The notes under the pieces were generated by a model. That model searched no databases and was not told the origin of the DNA. It was given only the letters and a program-made list of their open reading frames with translations. A stretch of DNA of 52,593 bases, filler included, from Jimgerdemannia flammicorona (lineage: Eukaryota), in assembly GCA_003990765.1 (NCBI GenBank). It is 2 parts of 2 records of this genome, joined end to end, with 100 filler letters (N's around TTAATTAATTAA, not from the genome) between each part and the next. Parts side by side here need not be neighbours in the genome. Positions count along the whole stretch, not along the records: positions 1 to 26,247 come from RBNJ01000746.1; positions 26,348 to 52,593 come from RBNJ01000747.1. One strand, written 5' to 3'. Position 1 is the stretch's first letter. Each line of letters opens with the position of its first letter. Below are positions 24,992 through 37,000 of this stretch, piece after piece. A program made the translations under genes and the position numbers.

Positions 24992-25843
24992 TCAGAGCAG
25001 AATGTTCAGGACTCTAGAAGCTTCATCTTTATCACTGTCATTAAGGTTAGAGGTTTGGGACAGAATGTTTTCAAAGGAGATGAGATCAGCAAACATTTCA
25101 TCTATTTTGCATATATCATGCATTTTGCATGCTTTGCATATGTCATCAATTAATGGGATAACATTATTACATTCAGCAGTAGCAGAGAGAGTAAGGAGAT
25201 CAGAGGCTCTCCAATCTATGACATTCTCTTCTACAAAATAAGAGATAAATGTGAGGTCTTGGGAAGGTCTAACCTGGATGCTGGGACCTTGGAATACTAA
25301 GATCAATTCTTATAGAAATTGATCTAGATTGTTCTGAAGAATGAGATTCTAGAACTCTTCTATCTCATCACTATTAAGAGTAATGGTGGATTAGGCTTCT
25401 GTGGCCACCATGGTCTCTAGTATATCTGTATAGCAGGCTGACAATTCTTTGAAGTCTAAGACTCTGGTATACTTTAAGTTGGAAATTGATCATAGTACAT
25501 ATCTAAAGATCTGATAAATCTTCTTAGTTATCTTTATTTTATATACATCTATAGGAGTGGTATCTTGTATCTCTTGGAGACTGGCCTGAGGAAATTCCCA
25601 GTAAAAGAGATTTTCTATTTCATACTCCTGCTATATCCAGAGGTATTTGGTAGTAATAGTGATCCTTGTTTCCATTTTATAATAGTAGAGGATAAAGTAA
25701 TAAGAGTCACTAGTACCCAGGTTGAAACTAGGAGTCCTTCTGGTATAGGTTCTCATGGCTCTTCTGATGTCTTGGAACATTCTTTCTTGGACTGAGGGGC
25801 CTTGGTAGTTCTTGGACCTTGAGGTTTGATGAATAGTAGATAT
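24992..25843 (-). pseudogene. LTR-encoded accessory protein, copy A2 5' LTR
   Basis: ORF-track piece 24992-25306 (VFQGPSIQVRP...VLNILL) matches the A1 protein. Confidence 0.8.
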
Positions 25844-26015
25844 TTTATTTATAGTAAGTCTTTGAGCTATTTTGAGATTTTGTAAGTCTTGTTTGAGTTG
25901 CTGCTACTATGGTTCCTTAGTTCTTCTTTTATATTCCTTGAGATGTCTATCTTGTAGTTGCAATGACTCATGGTTAGTCATCATTGCTCATCTTGTAGCC
26001 TGGGTGAGTCATGCT

Positions 26016-26016
<1 letters not shown>

Positions 26017-26092
<76 letters not shown>

Positions 26093-26094
26093 TT

Positions 26095-26148
<54 letters not shown>

Positions 26149-26247
26149 TTTTACAGACTCTATGTCCTGTAGATTTTTATTGGAAGGAAACCTAGACTAT
26201 ATAGGCCAAATCCCTCTCCCACCACCCATCAAGCTCTGCTTTCTCAT
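26017..26247 (-). mobile_element. 3' end of a non-LTR element (AATAAA + long poly(A) tail) abutting the A2 LTR
   Basis: Reverse complement matches ~30415-30530 (GGCCTATATAGTCTAGGTT...CCAATAAAAATC). Confidence 0.75.
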
Positions 26248-26347
26248 NNNNNNNNNNNNNNNNNNNNNNNNNNNNNNNNNNNNNNNNNNNNTTAATTAAT
26301 TAANNNNNNNNNNNNNNNNNNNNNNNNNNNNNNNNNNNNNNNNNNNN
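26248..26347. other. Assembly gap with synthetic TTAATTAATTAA linker
   Basis: N-run / TTAATTAATTAA / N-run; stop codons in all six frames. Confidence 0.95.
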
Positions 26348-27877
26348 CTGCAGGTCGGGTATCCCATGTGAGGGGTTTTTCAGGAAGGGTTCGCCACCAT
26401 TCTTCAGCAGGTCCTCGGAAGAATGTAACAACTCGGCAGACATAGGCTGTAGTGGTAGCAAAGAGTTGTTCCAGAGTGTGGTCTTGATTGTTTGTCAGAA
26501 CACGGTCAGCAACTCGTTCATTAGTCCATTGATTGGCTTCAAAGTTGGTGTCAACTACACTAATGAAGCTTTGGACTTCTTGTGCAGTACCATTGAAGGT
26601 AGGTAGGCTCAGATTTTTGGTAGGTCGGGTCTGTTCGGCTAAGGCAGTAATGGTTGCTGCCATTATAGCTACTTGGGCTGTGAGATCTAGAATCTGTTGG
26701 TTCGCCATGTTGATTGCTGGAGGCGGTTGGACTGCTGGTAGTGGTATTACCGGTACTACTTGAGGTACTGGTGCAGAGTGTGATGGGGTTCTTTGGGTCT
26801 GTGTAAGTTGCTGGAGTAGTAGTTGTGGATCTGGAGTGAGCACTTGATAGATAGCTGTTTGTTGCTGTGTAGGTGTATTCTGTCCGGATGGATGTGTGTC
26901 TCCTTCGGTAGTGTATCCGGGATCGAATTCAGTGAGATACTCCTCCTCTTCTTCGGTTTGGTCCCCGTGTAATTGGGTTTGCTCGGCGTCAAAGTAGACA
27001 GAATCAGTTGTATATCTGATTTCAGACGGACTTAATTCAAAGTCAAGTTCAGGTTCGGTATTGGTTTCAGGTTCGAGTAGAGCTGTAGCAGGGCCTGCTT
27101 CAGATTCGGGGTCAGGTAGTTGATGAAGGGTTTCTCTTGCTTCTTCCTTAAGAATATGGCGGGCCTTGCTGTTCTGGAATCGGTAGTATAATGCGGTCTT
27201 GGTCCTGGTACGGTGATAGTCGGTAGAGTTGAGCCACTTGGCTATAGAGGCTTGGGCTTCGTGAGGAACTAAGGCTAGAAAGACTGCTGCTGGTTGTCCT
27301 AGGTTGCTCGGATTTATGGAGCTGACAAAACTCTTGTTGAGAAGAGTAAAGAAGGCTTCAATAAGACCTTCTTCGTCTTGACTTGCTGGGTGTAGTGCAA
27401 GGAGTTCGGTAAATAGGGTTTCGCCTATTTGCTGGTTTAATCGGAGTACTTCTTTCTTTGAATGAAGTTTATCCCACTTGTTGCAGGTGTGGAGGTCAAA
27501 TTGTCCTTGTACGTCAGGTTCAATTCTCTCCAGATTGTCAGATGGTTCAGGATAAATTCCAGTTCAGAGGTTGGGCTTTATACCAACTTATAGGAATTCT
27601 CAAAGGGGTTTGTAGCGGGGTGAGGAAGCGTCTTGAAGCGGAATTGGATTGTAAACCGCTGCTACCAAGTTGTAAGAGGGTTACTTTTTAGGGTGACCAT
27701 TACGTAGTTCTAGAAGGGTTTTCTGGAAGTTCTGGATATTCTGGAAGACCGTTTTCTTATGGTCAAGATCAATTTCATATGGAGTACGTCCTCTACACTT
27801 ATTGATTTCAAGATCGGGTTGACGTCTCAACCAAAGTCCTTTTTTCGGACTAGTTCTGGATGTTCAGGATTTTCCAT
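26348..27877 (-). pseudogene. Gag of family B with long N-terminal extension
   Basis: LPTFNGT...FRGPAEEWW...TWD capsid-like motif; frame stop-free from ~27560 to the gap and traceable upstream through a few stops. Confidence 0.75.
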
Positions 27878-28348
27878 ATTTCAGGAAGTTCAAGAAACTA
27901 AGACCAGCTTAGTTTAATTGGCGTATCGCTGCAGACAATACCCAATTAGGAAATTTCGTGACGGAATTAGGAGTAGGACCTAACAGAGAGCGGATTTACT
28001 TAAGAGTGGTTTGTGGGTTATGGAATAGGTTTATTCGCTATTCATGATATTGCTATACTAGGAGTATTTGTGTAAAGGGATATTGTGGGGGAAGTATTCA
28101 GGAATGTTCTTGTGTGTTCGAGTCTGAGATTCTGAGGTCTGGGGGAGGGGGTATTTATACTAGTGAGGGGCTATCTGGACTATGCTAAATATGGATGTAG
28201 CACTAAGTGCCTTGCTGAGTTGGAATGCAGTCACGTAGTACAAGTGTGATCTGACATGTCAAGAGATCGTCTGACTGCTGAGTCAGTTCACAGTCACGTC
28301 GTACAAGGCTAATCTATCTATACTATGACTGCTGGACTATTTATAGAT

Positions 28349-29446
28349 TTAGGCACTATCTGGGTAGTCTTCGATGACATCACCATCGATTGCATCATCT
28401 CTGATGAAGTAGTCATCTAGGAAGAGTGGTTCGCGGATTACTTCTCCTTGTTGGCTGAGGTAGTAATATATTGGGACTTCATCTCCATCCCACAGGATAG
28501 CATCGTCTGTTTCATATGCTGGATAAGGTGTTGGTGGGTGAAGGATGGGTGTACTGTCTTCGCTTTTATCGGATTCGCTATCTGCATACCTTCTATAGGT
28601 TACAGCACTATGAGTCGCGGGGTTGTAGTAAGCTGGCGGCTGTGATTCAAGTTGCTCGTACTCGGGTGGTGGAGTGGTTGGTTCAATCTCGAGAGTTGTC
28701 TGAAGGTACAGGTTGTGTTCTCCAGTCTCTTCATTGTAGTTGAAGTAATCGGGGGTGAACGCAGGTTGGTATTCGTGCCAGTGGTCATTGTCCCAATAAG
28801 TCTCATATGCTGTTATGAACTGTTATAAGTTCATCGGCAAGGTTGGCGGAGTGATCAGGGTTGGTAGAGATCCTTGGCTAGAGGTCATGTTGGCATCAGA
28901 GGGGTCATTGTCTTCTGCTTCATCTTTATCGAAGTAGATTATATCATAGACATCCTTCATGGTGTATCCGACTTGAGGCATTTGCAGGATATGGTCATCG
29001 GGGTGCGGAAAGGTTCTGTCTGTGGTTTCGACATACTCGAGGTATTTGTGGTTGATTTCTTATATCATGTCGTCTATTTGGCCGTAGGACAGGGTAGCAA
29101 CCATTTCGCTGGTAGTAACTTGGAGGCGGGAAATAAAGGTGTTGTACTCGTAGAAGAGTTCTTGATGTTTGTGGGCGATGAGCTTCTGGTGTTGAGACAT
29201 CTGGGTCATGTCTGTATTGTGGTGGTGTTCGACCATGTCTTCCAAGAGGTGGCCGATCTGGTAGTAGCTTGAGATTTGTCCGATTCGGTGGGCCTCGCTA
29301 AGCATGTTCAGGGCGTTCCATCGGGCTTCCACGAAGTAGAGGGGTGCCAGGCTATGGATATTCATGAGGGGCAGAGGGGGTGTGGCTCGGTTGACAATGG
29401 CATTCCAAATATCAGCACGGATGCGGTTGTAGATCTCAGTGGTCAT
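28349..29446 (-). pseudogene. LTR-encoded accessory protein of family B, 365 codons, two in-frame TAA
   Basis: The 128-aa ORF continues in frame past TAA at 29060-62 and 28823-25 to ...LFLDDYFIRDDAIDGDVIEDYPDSA*; TATATATA at 29517-29524 and A/C-rich leader. Confidence 0.8.
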
Positions 29447-29700
29447 GTTTGTGTGTTTGGAAGTTGTGGTTTGTTGTTTGTTTTGGTTCTTTGATTCAAC
29501 GTGTCTCGGTGCTCAGTATATATACATTTGGTCCTGATTGGTAAGGTTCTGTTTGTGTAGATCTTGTGTTCCGTGACTTCGTATTGACTCAGCTTTGTGT
29601 ACTGTGACTTCGGTTTGACTCAGCTTCGTGATCAAGCAGGTGATTTCCAGATTGGTTTAGAGGTCGCGTGTGATTTCAGTGGCTTGTTCAGAGGGTGACA

Positions 29701-30499
29701 TGTAATTTCGGTGGCTTGGAGGTTGTGCGCTTACAGTTCTGGTATAGGTGACTGCTTTTCAGGTGTTGTTGGGATGGAAGGGGAGATGGCCATCACAGAT
29801 AGGAGAAAGGGCGATAATGGTGGACCAGTAGGGTGCCAGGCTGGGGATGGCTATTGGGGCTGGGGCAGGTGCTGCTTCGGTAGGGCCTTTTGATTGATGT
29901 GGTGCAGTTAGATGGTAGGTGTCACTCTCAGCTTCTTTTGGCAGTCAGGCAGATTAGGCCCCAGTTGTTAGGGGGAGTTGGGGGGCCTGAGGCTATCCAT
30001 TTCAGATATCTTGGCTACACTCAACTGGAACCAGGAGCTGATATGGCAACATAATCGAGGCCCACAGGCTTGAGTAGTGGGATATTGGGGGTCTCCTCTC
30101 ATCTCACATGTAAGTTCTTTACTTACCTCGACTGGGAGAACCAGGCCCTACTCATCATGTTGTGCTTTGATGAGAGTTTTTCTTCTACCTGTCATTCTCT
30201 TTAGGGTGGCAAGGGCTATTCTATTCGGCTTGGGCATGGTCTTGTACATATGTTGGGTTCTCAGGCATATGCTTTCAGTCATTGACATATGGCTGGGTTT
30301 CCCCTGGTAGTAGGGAGAGCATAGTGTACAGATTGAGATACAGGCCTCCTTTGGCCCTACTGCACCTGGTATGGTTGAGCTGCTGGATAATAGCTAGCCT
30401 AAGTTAATAGGGGGACAGTGCTTGGTGGGTGGTAGGGGAGGGTTTTGGCCTATATAGTCTAGGTTCTCTTCCAATAAAAATCCATGGGATATTGAGTTC

Positions 30500-30530
<31 letters not shown>
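29701..30530 (+). mobile_element. 3' fragment of a non-LTR (LINE-like) element with AATAAA and poly(A)
   Basis: G-rich strand, W..R motif (LYICWVLRH) like L1-type ORF2 C-termini, AATAAA ~30473, poly(A) 30503-30530. Confidence 0.6.
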
Positions 30531-31969
30531 TGATTCATTTAGTTTTGATGGCATCACTCTCAATGATGGTAAATATCCACTACCATCTCTACCACTTACT
30601 GATTCCAAAAGAAAAAAGGTTCTTATAAAAAGAACCCCATCAAGATTACTAAGGAGGTAGAATGTGCAGCAAAGTTACAGCAAAAGTGAGAAGAGAAGGA
30701 GAAAGAAAAGGAGATAAGAAGAGCTGATAAAAAAGCCAAGATAAGTATCACAATTACAATTAGCATCACAATCTCAACAACCCCTACCCTCAAGAGTATA
30801 CTACAATCTTATGAAGAACCAGATACTTCTAATTCAGATAAGGAGGAGGAGGAGGAGGAGAAGAGTGAAGATGCATTATCATCATAGTTTATAACAATTA
30901 CTAACTCTAAGTATTCCTATATCAATACATCTGTAACCAACCTATGATCTAGTAACTACTTGTACAATCTTATTGATTATATTTATAAATACTTTAATAA
31001 ATATCAAAATGGAAAAGACAAACTCTAATCTCAAGAAATATACCACCTATATAACAAAAGGTATACTGTATACTTAAGATCTATTATATAATATAAACAT
31101 ATAATGAAGTATCTGAAAATGAATGAATGAGCTGAGAATAGTATGATATTATATACAATATATTCTGTAAACTTTGAAACCTCTTTTCTGTTATGCTTGT
31201 CAATTCTACTAGTAATACTATTATTTGTAAAAAGAAATTAGTATTAGTATATATAAAAAGAACAAATAACTAAGTAGAAATAGCAACAGCCTTCTAAGAG
31301 ATAGTATCAATCTTTCAAAACTTATAGTTAGTAAAGAAGTATCAGCTGGTAGAGAAGAGAAAACTCAGAAATTATTGGCTTAATATTGAGAGATAAGAAT
31401 AAAAGATTAGAGAAGATAGAGAGTGAGAAATAAAGAAGAGAGAGTAGAAGACAAAGGAAAAAAATATTTAAGACAAAACAGAAAAAGAAAATATAAGTAT
31501 ATAAACTTAAAAAATATAAATATCAGATATTGTAAAAAAGAAATATAAGGTGAGATTAGGTAAGTAGAAGCAATTAAGTAGTAGTAATAATAAAGATGAG
31601 AGCAATGACAATACTATCACTACTACTTCTAACAGTAGTAGTGAGGAGATAGATAAAGAAAGAGAATAAAAATAAAAATAAAGAGAATTTATATATAAAT
31701 AATATATATAATAAAATATTATAATTTATACTAATTTAATATAAGTTATAATTATAACTTATCTATAATCTAACTAATACATATAATTTAATAAATATTT
31801 GAAGTTAAGTCTCTGCTAGACTTGAGAGATATTAGAAAAAAAAAAAAAAAACAGATATTATTAAGAATAACTAAATTGATAAGAGCTCATCTTTCTCCAG
31901 TACCATTCAGATTACACAACCTTTGGAAGGCACTTACAACATCATTTTTGGAGAAAAGAGACTAACAAC

Positions 31970-33992
31970 ATGGTGACTGACAGGTAACCTGAGGGATATA
32001 CTGGGCAGGGTGGCCCAAGTACTTTTAAATAGCAGCAGGTGGGGAGGGGCCCAGGCCTGGGGGGGGACATAAGGGGACTACTGGCAGGAGGATGTAGAAG
32101 GGGGGGAGATAATAGTAGAGGCCAAGAGTCTAGGAGGGCAAGCTTTGTGGAGACAGTGAAGGGGAGGCAGTAGGTGTCAGAGCTGGAGGGCTGACTGAGG
32201 AAGGGCAAGGAGAACAAGAAGGCAGTGGTGTATGAGAGAGTAGCCCTTGGAAGGAGGGGCAGTGAAGCTGGGGGAGTAGCAGCTGGAGGGAGTGTAACCT
32301 GCTGATGAAAAGGAGACTGCCAATCTGGAAAAAAATTCAGATATGACAGCTGATGGTGAGACTGAGCAGCTGAGGCTTAGGAGACAAGGGGATTTGGCAG
32401 ATGGCATGATGGGCCTGGCAGTGGTCCTATTACTCAAAAAATCAATCTCGGTATTTACAGTTACACTGTGCTTCTAGAGCTTAGTGGTGATGGCGAAGAT
32501 GGTGCTGGGGCTTATTGCTAAGCAGGTGGTGGGAGCTGTATCAGTGAAGTTTTTGAAGGAACTAGAGGGTGTAGAGATGGGTTTTGAAGAGGCTGAGCTG
32601 GAGGAGGCACTGAAGGTAGAATTGGTAGTGGGGGAGGTGTGTGTTCTGATGGCATGGTTCTTGAAATGGAATCTGAGAGTGGTCCAACTGCTGGTGAAAG
32701 GAGTGCCCACGGTGACAGTAGGGGAGACGAGAAAGAGAGTTGAGGAAGTCATAGCTGAATATGGAGAGGTAGTGGATATTGGATTCAGGGTCTGGGAAGG
32801 GACCTCACTCAGAACTGGTGATGTAGATGTGAGGATTCGGCTGGCTGGGAGAGAAGCTACTGAGAAGGCGAGGGACTGGCCTTCAGTGATAGTCTGGGGA
32901 GCAATCTTGTGCAAGGTGATGAGGGTGAAGGGAAGTGAGAAGGAGGAAGAGGATTTACTAGAAGCACTCGAGAAATTGAGTGGTACTGTAGAATGGTGAG
33001 TCAAGGCTTGGAAGGCCTTTGTGGAGTCAATGCACTTGGAGGTGGTGGACAGAAAGTGGATTTGGGTAGACAAGGTGCAGTGAGAGAGAGCTCAGGAGTA
33101 TAAGAGACAGAAGGATCTGCTGGTTAAACTGGGAGGCAGACCACTGGAGGATGCAAGCAAGATGATGGGCATAGAGGGGGCCAAAGTAAGTGCCTGGGCT
33201 GGCAAGAGGAGTGGGAATGCCAGGAAGGAGACAGGGAAGGAGAAGGAGGCTAAGGTTAATGATCTGTATGCTGATGGCACCTTTGAGGTTTGGGAGGAGG
33301 TCTGGGAGGACTCCCCCACCCCTTCTCCTCTTATTAGGCAAGGCCCAGCTTCCAGAAACAAGATAGTGGAGGATGTGATAATGCTGGGGGCTCAACAGGT
33401 GAAATTCGGAGTTCTAGAGGTGATGAATGGGGGACATGTGGTGGCGGTTGGAGAGGAGGAACTGGTGGATATTCCAGAGGTGTGGGATGAGGCTATGAGT
33501 ACTGGAGCTAACACTATGATGATGGATGGAGGGAGGCTGGCAACCCCTAGAGAGAAGGAGGTGGGGAACCTACTCTAGATGTATAGGATGATGAATAATC
33601 TGACAGCAGAAAAGTTGGGAGAGGTGGACTTGCAAATGATGGATGATGAACACTGGGCACAGATACTATAGGGAGATGGAGTGATGATGGCACTAAAGGC
33701 AGAAATTCTTGTAGTGTATCTGGAGAAGGAAGGGTATGAAGTGGACAAGGAGTGGGAGGCTGAGATGGCAGTTGTTGCTGGAGAGAGGGCTGAATACTGC
33801 TGGAACAAGTGTCATAGATTGCAGCTTTGGCAGGAGGCTTGTATTGAGTACCAGGAGGAGTTTGAGGAGAAGGCTGATGGGGAGATGAATGAGCTGTTGG
33901 CTAGATTAGAGGCTCAGAGGGCTGAAGAAGAGGAGGTGATGGCAGAACATAATCTGGACATGGTATAGGAGGAGATGAATATGGAGCAATAG
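31970..33992 (+). pseudogene. LINE ORF1 (RRM-like core, acidic C-terminus)
   Basis: LLVKGVP...IAEYGEVVDIG...TGDVDVRI RRM-like pattern; multiple stops. Confidence 0.75.
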
Positions 33993-34019
33993 AGATCATC
34001 TGATAACAAAATATATTTC

Positions 34020-37000
34020 ATGATGAACAGTACAACCAACATTTTTTCTTTGAACATGAATGGGTTACAGGGTGCTGTTAGATATAGAAATATTTTTACT
34101 TAGCTGAAGGGATTGGAGGCCGATCTCTTCCTCTTACAGGATGTCAGGTGTGAGAATAATTCTGATAGGATGGAATGGACAAAGGAATGGGGTGGCATGG
34201 TGATTTGGAAAGGCAAGGTTGGGATTCTAGTTCGGAAGAGCAAAGGGGAGTTAAGAGATGTGAGGAGCTGGGGGGAGAGGCTAGTCTGGGGTGAGTGGAT
34301 TCATGCAGACTGAGAGCCAGTTATAGTTGGCTCCTGTTACTGCCCTGCTATATGGGGTAAGCATGTAGATTGGGTAAAGGGTCTCCAGGAGAGTGGGATC
34401 CTTGCAGAGGCTGGGGTGGATATGCTTGGGGGAGATTTCAATATAGTTTGGGATATACTGATGGATTGAACAGATGGAGGATGGGGTGCTGAGAGCAGGA
34501 GCAGGAGACTGGTAATGTGGGAGGAAGTAGAAAGGCTTAGTGTACTGGTGGATACTGGTAGGGAGTACTGAGAAGATAGGAGGGTTTATACACATTGGGC
34601 TGTAGGCCTGGGGACTAGGATCGACTAGATCCTGACAGCCAGCTGCTGGGGCCAAGATGTTTGGAAGTCACTGGAGGTAGAGTGGTGCCCATGGTCAGAT
34701 CACTGGGGCCTTTTGGGACAGGGATGCTTTGGGGGAAGTGGGGATGGGCCTGGACATTGGTACCTCAATTTCTCTTTATTAGATAACAAGTCTCAGTGGA
34801 ATGAGTGGACTAAAGACATTTAGCTGAGAGTGGAGATCTGATGATGGAAGGGTATCTCAATTGGGGTTTGGTGGATGAGGATGAAAGAGATGGCCAGGAT
34901 TTACTAAAGTGGGGCTGGTAAGGAGGCAGGGAAGCAGAGAAGGCAAAGAGTGCAGTGGGCTTCTACTAGATTAACTAGGCTTCTGGAGGAGTGGGTGAGA
35001 CTGGTGATATTGGAGAGAGAGGAAGATTGGAGAGTAATGAGGGTAAAGATGGAGGTTAGGGAACTACAACAGGTGCTGTGGGAAGAGGAAGAGGCAAGAG
35101 TACAAGGCTTGACAGCAAAGCTTCATTGGCAGATGCTGGAGGATAGAGAGAGGCCTTCCTGGTTTCTCATGAGGGCTCTTAGAGCAAAAAGGGTACAGCA
35201 ATGGTGGGAAGGGGTACTTGACTCAGATGGTGTACTCATGCATGGGGTGCAGGACATTCTTGAATCATTGAAGGAGTGGTGGAGCAGTTTGTGGAGTGAG
35301 GAGGAGGGTGGGGTAGATGCTGCTACCAATGGTTGAATATTGGAGGATTGGCACCCACTATAAGTAGAGGGGCTAGATGACCTGGTGATGCCTATAAGAG
35401 AGGATGAGATCCACCAGGTTCTTACCATGATGACCCTAGGTATGGCACCTGGGGAGGATGGTCTGCTCTGGGACTTCTGGAAGCAAATGGTTGGAGTCCC
35501 AGGTGTGATAGAGGAGATGATGGCATTGTGCAACTCTATATTACAGACAGGGAGATGGGTGGGGGAGCAGGATCTGGGGCTGGTGATGCTGCTTTATAAA
35601 AACAAAGAAAGGTGAGAGGATTGGAAGAACTGGCAGCCGATAATATTACTAGATATGGACAAAATGCTGGTGACTAAGGTGGTGGTTGCAAGGCTATAGA
35701 AGGTGGCCTAGCAAGTCATGGGTATTGAGCAGAGGGGATTTGTGGGTGGTTGGCTCATTAGAGATGATACAGCCTGGGTATATAGAGTTATTGAAGAGAC
35801 AAGAGCCTGTGGACTGAATGGACATCTAGTCTTCTTGGACCAGAAGAAGGCTTATGACTGGGTGCAACGAGTCTGGCTGGTGAAGATATTGGATAGAATG
35901 AGGGTTCTGCACCAATTTCGGTCAGCAATAGTCAGCCTACTGGAAGGGAGTAGGGCTGCCATCATGTGTAATAGACATAGAGGGGTGGCATTTCTCCTGG
36001 GTAGGGGGGTGCCCCAGGGAGACCCACTGTCCCCCATTCTGTATGCCCTTTCCCTGGAACCCCTAATGGACAGAATTAGGCAGAGGATAGCAGGGCTCTC
36101 TATCTATAAAATTGAGTGGAAAGTTGGAGCCTTTGCAGATGTTATGGTGATTGGTTTGAGATCGATTGCTGATGTCAAGGAGCTCAAGAAGACAGTAGAG
36201 TGATATGAGGAGAACTCTGGGGCTAAGTTGAATTGGCACAAGTGTGAAACAATAGTGCTAGGCAATAGCCTGGTGGGAGGAGAAGTTATAGGAACAATCA
36301 TCCCCACTGATGAGGCAGTGTGGTACTTGGACATCTATTTGTCAGTCTATGGGTCAGTTCTGCCCAGGCCTTGGTGGGAGCAGAGAATTGGAATCTGGGA
36401 GAAGGACCTGTGGAGTTGGGGGGGAAGACACTTTTCTCTGGCAGGGTGGGTCTCGATTTTGAATGTATATTGGCTGCCAAAGCTGTAGTATTTAGCTTAT
36501 CATCTGGACTTCCTAGTCTGGGTAGTGAAGTGATTGGTAAAGGTGGCAAAGAGATGGATTTGGACTGGCAGATGGAGTCAGATTGGTTGGGAGACCTTGT
36601 CTCTACCAGTGGCAAGAGGGGGTCTTAGGCTAGTGGATTTTCCCAAATGACTACACTGCTTGAGGGCATGGTGGCTGAAGAGGGCAGTGGAGTTGTGAGG
36701 AGGTGGTTGGATTCCCCTGCTATAGAAGATCTGGGAGAGGTGGACATCGCCAAGAGGTTCAACTGATGATCTCCTCTCATTGGTTGGACTTTGGAACTCT
36801 AAACTATTGTGATACAAAGGATTCTGGTAAGGGATAGTGGAGGGAGTGTACTGTATTGGTATTTGCTAGCAGGGGAATGAGGGGGAGGTGGCTTGGGACC
36901 CAGCAATGTAGAGATGGAATAGTATTCTGCTGGGTGGTGTTCCTCTAATTGATTTTGACATTGGTGATGGAATGGAATACTAAAGGGGACCAGGCCAGGA

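Larger units (their letters stand above)
17346..26016 (-). mobile_element. dUTPase-bearing Ty3/gypsy, family A copy 2 (more degenerate; 5' LTR truncated)
   Basis: Colinear with A1: 3' LTR 17346-18917, IN/RH/RT, dUTPase ~21915-22332, PR, gag, 5' LTR 24532-26016 cut by poly(T); ATAT left flank. Confidence 0.95.
26348..29700 (-). mobile_element. 5' portion of a second, less mutated Ty3/gypsy family (B): long LTR + gag
   Basis: TGTCAC start at 29700, TATAAAT 28153-28159, AATAAA 28030-28035, then gag; LTR inner boundary approximate (~27960); cut by gap. Confidence 0.75.

Noticed and set aside
25872..26299. Poly-Phe/poly-Lys ORFs (also 11819, 16614, 16680)
   Set aside because: Translation of homopolymer tracts.
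26292..26303. TTAATTAATTAA palindrome inside N-run
   Set aside because: Synthetic six-frame-stop contig linker, not biology.
26017..30530. Single element with poly(T)/poly(A)-flanked terminal inverted repeats
   Set aside because: Each arm has AATAAA plus tail typical of a LINE 3' end, arms are diverged, and an assembly gap lies between.
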